Of a stretch of 64,000 nt of DNA, positions 19,424 to 28,835 are shown piece by piece (positions within the stretch are counted from its first letter, which is position 1; every line of letters starts with the position of its first letter). The stretch is from Ignavibacteriota bacterium. Lineage in GTDB: Bacteria; Bacteroidota; Ignavibacteria; UBA10030; UBA6906. Both the position numbers and the translations under genes were made by a program. The notes beneath the pieces are model-generated. The model was not told the origin of the DNA. It made no database searches and worked only from the letters and a program-made list of their open reading frames with translations. The stretch is from positions 783,005 to 847,004 of the forward strand of contig CAWIOS010000012.1 in NCBI GenBank assembly GCA_963837815.1. The letters run 5' to 3'.

Positions 19424-21613
19424 ATGACAATGCCGAAAACAGCGATCCTCCTGTGTGCGATTGCCGGGCTGATTGCGGGCGGGTGCAGCAGGAAGAGCGA
19501 AGGACAGAAGACCGCGGCGCGTTCCGATTCGACGGCCGCCGCGCCGCCGGACACGGCGCTTGCCGCGGAGAGTAAGCCCGTGATCATCAAGTTCATCACG
19601 TGGCCCGATACGCTCACCCCCCAGATCGAGGACATTCCTTCGACGCTCACCTGGAACTATTTCGATTCCACGTCACGTCAGACACTGAGCCCGGCCGAAT
19701 TGAACATCCTCTCGCGGGAAGGATTCTTCGTCCGGGAAATCCCCCCCCGCCCGGACGTTTCAACGGACGACATGGTGGACCGCTACAACGAGCTGTACGT
19801 GTTCAACTACGGCCAGAGCTACAGCACGATCCCGGTGTTCATCTCCTCCGACTTCCTCATGCACGTGTTCCACGTCCTCTTCGACAGGATGTTCCAGAGC
19901 GTGGAACAGAAGAGGTTCCTGCCGATCCTCGATGACCTCACTGCCAGGCTCCTCCGGCAGAGCGTCGAACAGATGCGGAATGCACGCGCACCGCTTATGA
20001 AGGCCGCCGCAAGGGGAAACGTCGCGTTTCTTTCCGTTGCGGCGAAGATCCTGAACGATTCCGTGGACGTCCCGGAGGAAGCGAAGGAACTGACCGGATG
20101 GGAGCTCCGGCTCATCAACGACGCATCGGGGTTTCACGATTCCCCGCTGATGGGATTCCAGGAGGATTACTCCCAGTACAAGCCCCGGGGACATTACACG
20201 ATCAACAGCGACCTGACACGGTATTTCAAGGCCATGATGTGGTACGGACGGAGGTCGTTCACGACGAAATCCGACACGCTCACGCTCCAGGCGGTTCTCC
20301 TGACGCACTTCCTGAGCACACCGGAAAACCGGGAGTTGTGGGAGAAACTGTACAAGCCCACGGAATTCGTGGCGGGGGAATCGGACGACCTGAGTTTTTA
20401 CGACTACGCGGGCATGATGAGGACGACGTACGGGGAGATACTGAATACCGGCGAACTCGCCGATACCGCAAAGCTCCACCGGTTCATGGAGGACGCAACA
20501 CGGCACGCCTCTCCAACAATCTCCGGGAACAGGCTCCGGAATCCGGACAGCGCAAACACGATCGAGCGGGGATTCCGGTTCATGGGGCAAAGGGAAACGC
20601 CGGACGCCTACATATTCTCCGAGTTGACATCACCGCGCGTGGGATCCGACGTTCACCCCCGGAACATGCCCACGGTCCTCGACGTCATGAGCATTCTCGG
20701 TTCCCCCGTCGCGGACGAACTCCTCGAGAAGTACTCCTCCGTTCCGAATTACCCTGAACAGCTCGCAAAGTTGAAGGGTGAGTTCAATGCGTATCCCCCC
20801 GGGGCATGGACGCAGAACCTTTACCTGTGCTGGATCAACGCGCTCAGGCCGCTGATCCAGGAGAAGGGCCCGGGCTTTCCGTATTTCATGAGGGGCCGCA
20901 AGTGGGCAACCAAGGGGCTGCTGACAGCGGTGGGATCGTGGACCGAGCTGAAGCACGACACGTTTCTCCTGTCCAAACAGAGCTATGCCGAGCAGGGAGA
21001 GGGTGAAGACGAGACGGTGCCCACTCCGCCCCCGCAGCCGAAAAGCTACGTGGAACCGGATATCGAGTTCTTCAACAGGATCGTCTACCTTGCCGACAGG
21101 ACGCGCGTGAGATTTGCCGGCCTGGGGCTCCTTCCCGCCGAGTACGAAAAGAAGCTCGGCATTTTCTACGATCAGCTCGTCAATCTCCGCTCCATCGCGC
21201 AGAAAGAGCTTCTGAACGCCGAGATCTCGACGGATGAATACGAATCGATGCTCCTCTTTGCCCAGAAAATAAGCCCGATTATACTCCCCGAGGATGCAGG
21301 GGATATCATCGAGGACCGGTACAAGGAAATGGCGCTTGTCGCGGACACGCACACCGACGCGTTCCCGACAGAGATGCTGGCCCTGGAAGACGCCGTCGGT
21401 GCCCCCCAGCAGATCTACGTCGCCGTGAAAGACAACGGCGGCACGCGCATCTGCATCGGGTACGTTTACAGCGTTTATGAGTTCTCCGCACCGATAGCCA
21501 ACAGGCTCACGGACGAACAGTGGAAAGGGATCGTGTACGCGGCGAACAGGAAGCCCCTCGCACCGCGGGAGCCGGACTGGGCGCGCGGGCTTCGGTCCAT
21601 CGTCCGGCGTTGA
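19424..21613 (+). CDS. DUF3160-like lipoprotein (function unknown)
   Basis: 729 aa with lipoprotein signal (MTMPKTAILLCAIAGLIAGGCS). Size and composition match what I recall for DUF3160. 17 nt downstream of namZ, so probably co-transcribed. Confidence 0.5.
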   Translation: MTMPKTAILLCAIAGLIAGGCSRKSEGQKTAARSDSTAAAPPDTALAAESKPVIIKFITWPDTLTPQIEDIPSTLTWNYFDSTSRQTLSPAELNILSREGFFVREIPPRPDVSTDDMVDRYNELYVFNYGQSYSTIPVFISSDFLMHVFHVLFDRMFQSVEQKRFLPILDDLTARLLRQSVEQMRNARAPLMKAAARGNVAFLSVAAKILNDSVDVPEEAKELTGWELRLINDASGFHDSPLMGFQEDYSQYKPRGHYTINSDLTRYFKAMMWYGRRSFTTKSDTLTLQAVLLTHFLSTPENRELWEKLYKPTEFVAGESDDLSFYDYAGMMRTTYGEILNTGELADTAKLHRFMEDATRHASPTISGNRLRNPDSANTIERGFRFMGQRETPDAYIFSELTSPRVGSDVHPRNMPTVLDVMSILGSPVADELLEKYSSVPNYPEQLAKLKGEFNAYPPGAWTQNLYLCWINALRPLIQEKGPGFPYFMRGRKWATKGLLTAVGSWTELKHDTFLLSKQSYAEQGEGEDETVPTPPPQPKSYVEPDIEFFNRIVYLADRTRVRFAGLGLLPAEYEKKLGIFYDQLVNLRSIAQKELLNAEISTDEYESMLLFAQKISPIILPEDAGDIIEDRYKEMALVADTHTDAFPTEMLALEDAVGAPQQIYVAVKDNGGTRICIGYVYSVYEFSAPIANRLTDEQWKGIVYAANRKPLAPREPDWARGLRSIVRR

Positions 21614-22626
21614 AGGGATTGCCGGGGATATTCGCCGGAGCGACGGCGGCCGTTTGTTTTGCTCTCGCGGCGACATCATATCCGCCCGGCGCCGGCGCGC
21701 CGGTTGCTGAGATTCCTCAGGCGGCGGAGGCGGGCACCGGCACGGTCCCCCGCCCGTTCTGCCTCCATTACCAGTATGCATCATTTGCCGACGACACGGC
21801 GCTCTACGCAAATGCATACAGGGCTGCCGGGCTGGCGGCCCGAGACGCCTGCGGGAAGGGGACAAACGGCCGCACGGAATTGTCGGAGGGGGGAATCGGC
21901 AGTATCCGAGCCGGGACGATCTCGCACCATCTTTTTATACGGGATCTGATCGCCCGGTATTTCACCGGGCTGGCCCGGCGCGTTCACCCGGAGACGATCA
22001 TCCTTATCGGCCCGAACCATCATGCACGCGGACACTCCCCCATCGCGATTTCCGCGCTCCGCTGGAGGACCCCGTTCGGTTTCGTCGAACCCGACACCGC
22101 GAGAATCCGGAGGATATCCACCACCGGGCTCGCCTGCGTTGAGGAAGAACCGTTCGTCAACGAGCACTCGATCGGGGCGCTCGTACCGTTCGTGCGGCGG
22201 TCGTTCCCCGGAAGCCGGATCGTGCCAATCATATTCAAAAAAGCGGCAAACAGACGCGAGTGCATGGAGCTCGCCCGCGTCATCGCGTGTCAGATGGAGG
22301 ACGCGATCGTCCTCGCGAGCCTTGATTTCTCACATTACAAAACAAGCAGTGAGGCCGAGGCGGAGGACAGTGCAAGCATCAGCGTCCTCCGTTCATTCGC
22401 GGCGGACCGGATAGACGAGGCATTTGTCGATTCCCGCCCCGCCCTCCTGACGCTGATGTCAATCTGCGAGATTATCGGCGCCGGCAACATCGATGTCGTG
22501 GAGCATACAAATTCCGGGATACTCTCCCACAACGCCCGCGTCGCGTGCACGAGCTATATCAACACGTACATCGAAGAGGGGGGAAATATGGTTCACCTGC
22601 CACTCTTCCAGAGTGATCCTCCATGA
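21610..22626 (+). CDS. MEMO1-like protein (AmmeMemoRadiSam system protein B family; class-III extradiol-dioxygenase-like fold)
   Basis: ORF 21520..22626. Likely TTG start at 21610 overlapping the upstream TGA (TTGA, translational coupling), giving MKGLPGIFAGATAAVCFALAAT N-terminus. Memo-family motifs IILIGPNHH and NEHSIGALVPF (compare LGPSHH / DEHSIEMHLPY in MEMO1). Confidence 0.55.
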   Translation: MKGLPGIFAGATAAVCFALAATSYPPGAGAPVAEIPQAAEAGTGTVPRPFCLHYQYASFADDTALYANAYRAAGLAARDACGKGTNGRTELSEGGIGSIRAGTISHHLFIRDLIARYFTGLARRVHPETIILIGPNHHARGHSPIAISALRWRTPFGFVEPDTARIRRISTTGLACVEEEPFVNEHSIGALVPFVRRSFPGSRIVPIIFKKAANRRECMELARVIACQMEDAIVLASLDFSHYKTSSEAEAEDSASISVLRSFAADRIDEAFVDSRPALLTLMSICEIIGAGNIDVVEHTNSGILSHNARVACTSYINTYIEEGGNMVHLPLFQSDPP

Positions 22627-22738
22627 CGCGACAGATAACAGCGCTTCACTTCCTGTGGTTCGTCGTCACACTGACTCTTGAGGCAAGGCATTCCCGACTT
22701 TTCTTTTTCGCGGGCGGAAGCCTGACCGGAGGACTGAA

Positions 22739-23482
22739 GTGAATACAGATCGCCGCACTTCATGGATCCCGGCTCTCGTCCTGACCGCGTTACTGCCCCG
22801 GCTGGGGATCGCCGGCCCCCCGTTCAAAACGGACGATCCGCAGCCGGTCGATTTTCATCACTGGGAGTTTTACGTCGCTTCGGAACAGTCTTTCGCCAGA
22901 GCGGAAACCGACGCGACACTTCCCCATTTCGAAGTCAACTTCGGGGCATTCCCGAACGTCCAGCTCCACCTCGTCGTTCCCATGGGATACGTCCGCACCG
23001 GGAGCGGGAATGCGTACGGTTATTCGGATACTGAACTGGGGGTGAAGTACAGGTTCCTCGAAGAATCGGACGGATTCCCCCAGGCCGGCATATTTCCGCT
23101 CGTCGAAGTTCCCACCGGGGATGCCTCGCGTCAGCTCGGGCAGGGGAGCACACAGGTGTACCTCCCCGTCTGGCTCCAGAAAAGCTGGGGTGGATTCACG
23201 ACCTACGGGGGTGGCGGCTACTGGTACAATCCGGGATCCGGCCGCAGGAACTGGGTATTCGCGGGATGGGAAGCTCAGTATGACATCTCGGGAACATTCA
23301 CCGTGGGCGGAGAGCTCTTTTACAACACTGCGGAGGCATGGGACGGTACGTCGGGTGCCGGATTCGATATCGGCGGATATATCAACCTGAGCGAGAACGA
23401 TCACATACTCGTTTCACTCGGGCGCAGCTTCAGGGGGGAGGACGTCGTCGCGGGATACCTGGGGTTCCAGTATACGATCTGA
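22739..23482 (+). CDS. Outer-membrane beta-barrel protein (MetA-pathway/transporter-like OMP family)
   Basis: 247 aa; signal peptide; conserved FKTDDPQPVDFHHWEFY N-terminal region and alternating beta-strand pattern; ends GFQYTI. Confidence 0.5.
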   Translation: MNTDRRTSWIPALVLTALLPRLGIAGPPFKTDDPQPVDFHHWEFYVASEQSFARAETDATLPHFEVNFGAFPNVQLHLVVPMGYVRTGSGNAYGYSDTELGVKYRFLEESDGFPQAGIFPLVEVPTGDASRQLGQGSTQVYLPVWLQKSWGGFTTYGGGGYWYNPGSGRRNWVFAGWEAQYDISGTFTVGGELFYNTAEAWDGTSGAGFDIGGYINLSENDHILVSLGRSFRGEDVVAGYLGFQYTI

Positions 23483-23521
23483 ACAAATTTCCGGTTCAGT
23501 CGTGAAACGACCGGACGGGAT

Positions 23522-25858
23522 TCAATAGCTCACTCTCCCCGTCCCCCGCTGTTCTTTCCGCCAGTCGGCGGAGGTATGGACGTCACACGTCCCGGGACGG
23601 GTCTTGTCCGTAAAATACTCAACGGTCCTGCCGGGACACCACGGGGTCGCGAGTTTTTCCGTCAGCGTGCAGATCGTATCGGCATAGACGCTCGCCGGGC
23701 GTTCGAAGTACTCCAGGGGCATTGCGATCGAGGGATCATCGTAGACGTACCGCATGAACCTTCCCCAGACCGGCGCGGCGGCCCTCCCCCCCTGCCCGTC
23801 CCATGTCGTAAAGTGTACGCTCGGCTCGTCAAACCCCACCCAGACCGCCGCGGAGATCTGCGGCGTGTATCCCACGAACCACGCGTCCGCGAAATCGGTC
23901 GTCGTCCCCGTCTTCCCGGCGGCCGGGAGCTGGAAGTAATCGCGGACGCGGCTCCCCGTCCCGCCGTTGACTACCCCTTCCATCATGGAGGTCATGATGA
24001 AGGCGGTCGCGTCGCTGAAGACCTCGCGGCGCTCGGGGGAATTCTCTTCGATGACGTTTCCGTCCTTGTCCTCGATCCGGAGTATCGACATCGGCTCGAC
24101 GTGGACACCCCTGTCAGCGTAGACGGCGAATGCCGACGCCATTTCGATGGGGGAGATATCGCCGACCCCGAGCGCAAGCGACGTCACGGCCGGGAGGGGC
24201 GAGAAGATCCCCATGCTCTTCGCGTACGCAATAACCTGGTCGATCGGGGCAATTTTCCTCTCCACGGTCCGGACGGCGACCAGGTTGATCGAGTGCTTTA
24301 TCGCCTCCCGTATCGTGGTATCGGGCCCGAACGAACCGTCGAAATTGGACGGTGTCCAGCGCTTGCCGTCGGGCATCATGATTGTCACGGGCTGGTTCTG
24401 AATTTTGGTGACCGGGGAGTACCCGTTGTCGATCGCCACCGTGTACACGAACGGTTTGAACGCAGACCCGACCTGGCGGAATATCTGCGTCGCATGGTTA
24501 AGTCCGTACCGGAACGATCTGAAATTCGCGCCGCCGATCATCGCGAGTACCCCGCCGGTCTTCACGTCGAGCGCGACGAAACCGGTCTCGATCGACGAGG
24601 CCACGCGCCTGACGGAATCCTGGAATACCCTGCTCCTCAGGAGCTGTCTCCTGACGTTGTCCCGTTCGTCGGCAGTCACCGCCATGCGGAACCGGGGCGA
24701 CGAGATGATCGCCTGATCGATCACGCGGACGGCGGCGTCGTGCTGTTTCGACCAGTCCCACTGTTTGTCGAACAGCTTCTGGTAGAGCGCGAGATGCTCC
24801 CCGACCGCCCGGTTCGCGTACTTCTGCATGCGGCTGTCGAGCGTCGTGTACACGGTCAGGCCGTCCCTGTACAGGTCGAAGCCGTATTGTTCCGCCTTCT
24901 TTTTCATCTGCCTGCGAACGTACTCGACAAAATGCGGGGCGATTCCGGCCTCGCCAGCCGCATCCTCAGGGAGAACCTGGAGTTTTTCCGCGGTCCCCTC
25001 TTTCGCAAGCGCGGGAGTGATGTAATCGTATTTCAGCATCTGCGCGATGACAAGGTTCCTGCGGAGCAGGACACGCTCCGGGTGCTTTCCCGAAGGATCA
25101 TAGTAACCTGGCCCCTTCAGCATCGCGATGAGCGTCGCGGTTTCGCCGAGCGTCAGGTCCGCGGGCACCTTTCCGAAATAGACCTGCGAGGCCGAGGCAA
25201 TCCCGTAGGACCCGCGGCCGAAATACACGACATTCAGGTAAAACTCGAGGATTTCGTTTTTCGTAAACGTCCGTTCGAGCTCGATCGACGTCAGAAACTC
25301 ACGGAGCTTGCGTGTGACGGTGTCAAAGACGTTCCTGTCGTTGTGCCCCAGGTAGAGATTACGCGCGAGCTGCTGGGTGATCGTGCTGGCCCCTTCCTTC
25401 AGCCGGAAGGCGAACGCGTTCTTTACCATCGCCTTGGCGAACCGGACAAGGTCGACCCCCCAGTGGCCGTAGAAGTCCTTGTCCTCCGTCGCAATCAGGG
25501 CGTTCACGATCACGGGGGGAACCTCGGCGAAGGAAAGATGCGATCTGTTCTTGACGAAGAACTCGCCGATAACTTCACCGTCCGCAGAGACGACTTTCGA
25601 AGCGAGCTCCGCGCGGGGGTTTTCTATCCGCGAGAGGGAAGGGAGACCGGAGAGGAGATAGTTGAAGTAGACGCCCCCGGCGACGAGAAGAACGAACGCG
25701 ACGGCGGCGGCAGCCAGCGCGGCGCGTGAAAACCGCGCGCGGAGCCTGCTCCTGAGCCTGCGGTAGCGCGGATCGTTGAAATACCGCTCCATCTCCTCCG
25801 GAGTGTACTTCGCCGGTTCTTTTCCGCGCCGGTCCTCTTTCTTTCCTTCGTCAGGCAT
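23522..25858 (-). CDS. mrcA: Class A penicillin-binding protein 1A (transglycosylase + transpeptidase)
   Basis: 778 aa; N-terminal TM anchor; GT51 motifs (EDKDFYGHWGVD, GASTITQQLARN); transpeptidase SxxK (SAFKPF), SxN (KHSIN), KTG (AGKTGTT). Confidence 0.9.
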   Translation of the reverse strand: MPDEGKKEDRRGKEPAKYTPEEMERYFNDPRYRRLRSRLRARFSRAALAAAAVAFVLLVAGGVYFNYLLSGLPSLSRIENPRAELASKVVSADGEVIGEFFVKNRSHLSFAEVPPVIVNALIATEDKDFYGHWGVDLVRFAKAMVKNAFAFRLKEGASTITQQLARNLYLGHNDRNVFDTVTRKLREFLTSIELERTFTKNEILEFYLNVVYFGRGSYGIASASQVYFGKVPADLTLGETATLIAMLKGPGYYDPSGKHPERVLLRRNLVIAQMLKYDYITPALAKEGTAEKLQVLPEDAAGEAGIAPHFVEYVRRQMKKKAEQYGFDLYRDGLTVYTTLDSRMQKYANRAVGEHLALYQKLFDKQWDWSKQHDAAVRVIDQAIISSPRFRMAVTADERDNVRRQLLRSRVFQDSVRRVASSIETGFVALDVKTGGVLAMIGGANFRSFRYGLNHATQIFRQVGSAFKPFVYTVAIDNGYSPVTKIQNQPVTIMMPDGKRWTPSNFDGSFGPDTTIREAIKHSINLVAVRTVERKIAPIDQVIAYAKSMGIFSPLPAVTSLALGVGDISPIEMASAFAVYADRGVHVEPMSILRIEDKDGNVIEENSPERREVFSDATAFIMTSMMEGVVNGGTGSRVRDYFQLPAAGKTGTTTDFADAWFVGYTPQISAAVWVGFDEPSVHFTTWDGQGGRAAAPVWGRFMRYVYDDPSIAMPLEYFERPASVYADTICTLTEKLATPWCPGRTVEYFTDKTRPGTCDVHTSADWRKEQRGTGRVSY

Positions 25859-26299
25859 GCAGGCGTATCCCCATTACGAAAGATAGATATCGAACTCCAC
25901 TGGCGCAACGGGACCCTTTTCGAGAAGAACGTGTATATGGCGGCTCAGGCGGGGATCATTGAGAAAAGAGTCCAGAGTGCGAAAAGAATAATTCGAAGAC
26001 GAGTCCGCTGTGCGTGTGTCATCGCGCGCCCTCCCGAATACTCCTTGAAAGCTTCGCTCACTCCTGCATAGTTGCCGCTTGCCTTATCGTCGCACACGGG
26101 CGAGAACCACCTTCCGGCGTCATACACAAACCGGCCTCCCCCGGGTTGGGGAGACCATGATTACCCCATCCATCGGTCTGAACGGGAGTGAATCCCGGGG
26201 GAACAAAAAAACCCCACATCCGGAAGGACATGAGGCCTCTGAAAGAACGTACATGCACTCGTTGAATCTACAAATTTCGCGCCAGAACCGCAATCCGCG

Positions 26300-26956
26300 T
26301 CATTCCCCGGTGTCCTTCACAATAATCCCGAGGAGCGCTGCAATCTGGATGGCCTGCACCGAATCGATAATAATCCCCTTCAACTGGCGGCCTTCGACGC
26401 GCATACCGGCGAGGTCCGATCCTCTGAGGTCGACTCCCTTCAGTGTGGTCCCGGGAAAGTCCGCCCCGGACAGATCGCAGCCCTGGAATACCGCCCCGGT
26501 CAGGTCCATCTTCTCCATCAGGGCCCCGCGGAGGGCGCACTTCTCGAACCGAGCCGATCTGAGACGCCCCGACGTGAACATCGCGTTTTCCATCATGCAG
26601 TTCACGAAGAGGAGATCCGCGCCGTTGAATTCGAAGAGCTGCATGCCGGTGAGGCGGCAGCCGATGAATTCCACCCGGTGGCACCTCGCCTTCTGCAACG
26701 ACGCGCCCGAGAGGTCTGAAGCCTCAAACCGGGTGTCAGAGATCCTGGCGTTTGGCAGGCGTGCCCGGGTGAGCGACGCACGGCGGAGGAGAACCCCTTC
26801 AAATGCAATCCTGAGAGCGGATGCATCTCCAAGAACTGCGTCTTCGGAGACCATCGGGCCGTATTCTGATTCATCGTCGAGCGCCCGCAGGTCCCCGGAC
26901 GGAAGATCCGCGGGGAAGCGAGGCGCCTGGACCTGAGAATTCAGCGGAGACTTCAT
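26300..26956 (-). CDS. Pentapeptide-repeat protein
   Basis: 218 aa composed almost entirely of A(D/N)LxG-type pentapeptide repeats (…ADLSGASLQKARCHRVEFIGCRLTGMQLFEFNGADLLFVNC…GADFPGTTLKGVDLRGSDLAGMRV…). Last gene of the long minus-strand array. Confidence 0.75.
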   Translation of the reverse strand: MKSPLNSQVQAPRFPADLPSGDLRALDDESEYGPMVSEDAVLGDASALRIAFEGVLLRRASLTRARLPNARISDTRFEASDLSGASLQKARCHRVEFIGCRLTGMQLFEFNGADLLFVNCMMENAMFTSGRLRSARFEKCALRGALMEKMDLTGAVFQGCDLSGADFPGTTLKGVDLRGSDLAGMRVEGRQLKGIIIDSVQAIQIAALLGIIVKDTGE

Positions 26957-26964
26957 TTGACGGG

Positions 26965-28062
26965 TCAGTCCGCAGGAGCGACGAGAGGCAAATCGATCCA
27001 GGCGAGCCCGATATCGCGCCCCATGTGCGACGTGCTCGATCCTTCCCTGCCGTCATACAGCAACGCGAGGCGTGAACCGACCGGAATGACGCAGGGCATG
27101 CCTATCGTCCCCTTTGCCCACAAGCAATTCCGGGTGTCGAACACAATCGCCCTGTCGTTCACATTCCAGTGGTTCAGATCCTTCGACCAGTAGACCCAGA
27201 TCGCATCGGTGTACTCCACCCCCTTCTCATCGAGGCCGATGTGATTCGTAAAGAGAAACCAGGTGCTGTCCTTCGGCTCGCAGTACAGAGAGGAGTTTTC
27301 GATCTGTTCCGAAAGCGGGACGATCGGCACCGGGTCAACAGACCACCTGCCGTCAATATTGTTCGTGCGCGCGATACCGAGCGTCCGTTTTGTATTATGG
27401 AGCTCGTCGAATATCGAAGCGCTGAAGAACTGGAGATACCCGGCCCCCGATCTAACGATGAACCCGGGGCTTGCCGTTATCGAATAGTAGGTGCCTTCGG
27501 TGGGTTTGAACGGCACAACGTTGTACTCCTTTTCCCACGGGCCCTCCGGTGAAGCGGAACGGGCCTTCAGCGTCATGTACGGAAACGAGGGAATCCTGTC
27601 GGGAGGAGGGGAGGTGTTGGGCGTCCCCATGTAGAACATGTGCCAGGTTCCCCCCTCCCTGTATACCCAGGGCGCGGAGGCGCTTTTCGCGTCAGGCATC
27701 CCGTCTCCCCCCAGACGGAGTGCGGGACCGTGTTTTGTCCAGTGCACCAGATCGGTACTCGTGGCCAGGCACGCAAGCCAGCCGGCCGGGCCGGCGCCGT
27801 CGTAGTGCATGTAATACATACCGCCCGTTTCGAATGCAATCGCCTCCCTCGCTCCGTAGACATCGCAACTGTCGGGCCCGCCTCCGTGCCTGAGGACGAC
27901 GCCGGCGTCGCGCGCCGGCATCCGCCGCGAAGCGTTCGGCCGCCCGTCGGCGTACTTCTTGAAAACGTACTGCGCGTTCTCTCCGGCGGAACCCTCCGCG
28001 CCCCGTCGGCAGGAAACGAATATCACGGACGAGACGAAGAGCATGACGAGACACCGGCTCAT
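26965..28062 (-). CDS. Lipoprotein with five-bladed beta-propeller glycosidase-like fold (GH43/GH32/GH130-DUF377-like)
   Basis: 365 aa; lipobox MSRCLVMLFVSSVIFVSC; repeated blade-like motifs (GGMYYMHYDGAG…LACLATSTDLVHW; GGTWHMFYMG). Family assignment tentative. Confidence 0.5.
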   Translation of the reverse strand: MSRCLVMLFVSSVIFVSCRRGAEGSAGENAQYVFKKYADGRPNASRRMPARDAGVVLRHGGGPDSCDVYGAREAIAFETGGMYYMHYDGAGPAGWLACLATSTDLVHWTKHGPALRLGGDGMPDAKSASAPWVYREGGTWHMFYMGTPNTSPPPDRIPSFPYMTLKARSASPEGPWEKEYNVVPFKPTEGTYYSITASPGFIVRSGAGYLQFFSASIFDELHNTKRTLGIARTNNIDGRWSVDPVPIVPLSEQIENSSLYCEPKDSTWFLFTNHIGLDEKGVEYTDAIWVYWSKDLNHWNVNDRAIVFDTRNCLWAKGTIGMPCVIPVGSRLALLYDGREGSSTSHMGRDIGLAWIDLPLVAPAD

Positions 28063-28108
28063 CTATGCTGTCCTTGAACGTGTTTTCGAAGGTATGGATG
28101 CGGAGAGG

Positions 28109-28801
28109 TCAGGACCGGCACTCCCGCACAATCGCGTCGACGTGAAGACGGGACGGGTTGATGCAGTGGATCGACAGGTCCTTCTGCGAGAGAATGAGCG
28201 GCAGCTCCGTGCACCCGAGTATCACCCCCTCGACCCCCGAGGCCTTTTTGATCCGGTTGACTATGGTCACGAGTTCGCTCCGCGATTTGTCCTTGATAAT
28301 CCCCAGCTCGATCTCCTTCATGAGTATGTGCTGGATGCGGGCGATCTCCTCCGGTTCCGGGGTCGTGAGACGGATGTTGAACCTGTCAAATTCGTCCTGG
28401 TAATAATCCGACGTCATCGTGAACCGGGTGCCGAGGAGGCAGAGCGAGCGGACGTTGAGCGTCCGGGCGTATTCCGCGGTGACCGACACGATGCTCAGGA
28501 GGGGGAGATCCGTCTTCGCCTGAATTGCGTCGAACACCGCATGGGGGGTGTTTGAGGCCATCGCACCGATCCCGGCGCCGCACCGCCTGAGCAGCTCGCA
28601 CCGTATGGCAATACGCTGGATCACAGACTCCCATTTCCCCGCGTCGACAAGCGCGTTGAAAGCTGCAAGGTCGATGCTCTCGATCACCATCTCGGGAAAT
28701 CCGGTCTTCTCGTACGAATCCCTGAACGCGGCGATGATGTTCCTGTAATAGTCGAGCGTCGATTCGGGACCGATGCCGCCGATAAGGCCGATTTTCTTCA
28801 T
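28109..28801 (-). CDS. Aspartate/glutamate racemase-family protein with Ser in place of the first catalytic Cys (SNT…GCTE)
   Basis: 230 aa; MKKIGLIGGIGPESTLDYY N-terminus typical of Asp racemases; first active-site motif reads AMASNTPH (canonical CNT), second motif ILGCTELPL retained. Confidence 0.8.
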   Translation of the reverse strand: MKKIGLIGGIGPESTLDYYRNIIAAFRDSYEKTGFPEMVIESIDLAAFNALVDAGKWESVIQRIAIRCELLRRCGAGIGAMASNTPHAVFDAIQAKTDLPLLSIVSVTAEYARTLNVRSLCLLGTRFTMTSDYYQDEFDRFNIRLTTPEPEEIARIQHILMKEIELGIIKDKSRSELVTIVNRIKKASGVEGVILGCTELPLILSQKDLSIHCINPSRLHVDAIVRECRS

Positions 28802-28835
28802 GGGGTATCCGGGAACAGAGTGGAGTGACGATCCG

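Noticed and set aside
18451-19650. 399-aa minus-strand ORF
   Set aside because: Antisense to namZ (DUF1343) and the start of the DUF3160 gene.
20630-21865. 411-aa minus-strand ORF
   Set aside because: Antisense to the DUF3160 and Memo-like genes; Arg/Pro-rich.
23576-25729. 717-aa plus-strand ORF
   Set aside because: Antisense to PBP1A, whose GT51 and transpeptidase motifs are unequivocal.
25945-26127. 60-aa minus-strand ORF upstream of PBP1A with hydrophobic C-terminus
   Set aside because: No RBS, no recognisable family, lies in probable promoter/leader region; cannot be supported from sequence alone.
26128-26299. A/T-rich segment with gggggaacaaaaaaacccc downstream of the pentapeptide-repeat gene
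   Set aside because: Looked like a possible terminator but the stem is only 4 bp and the T-run lies in the loop on the transcribed strand; not convincing.
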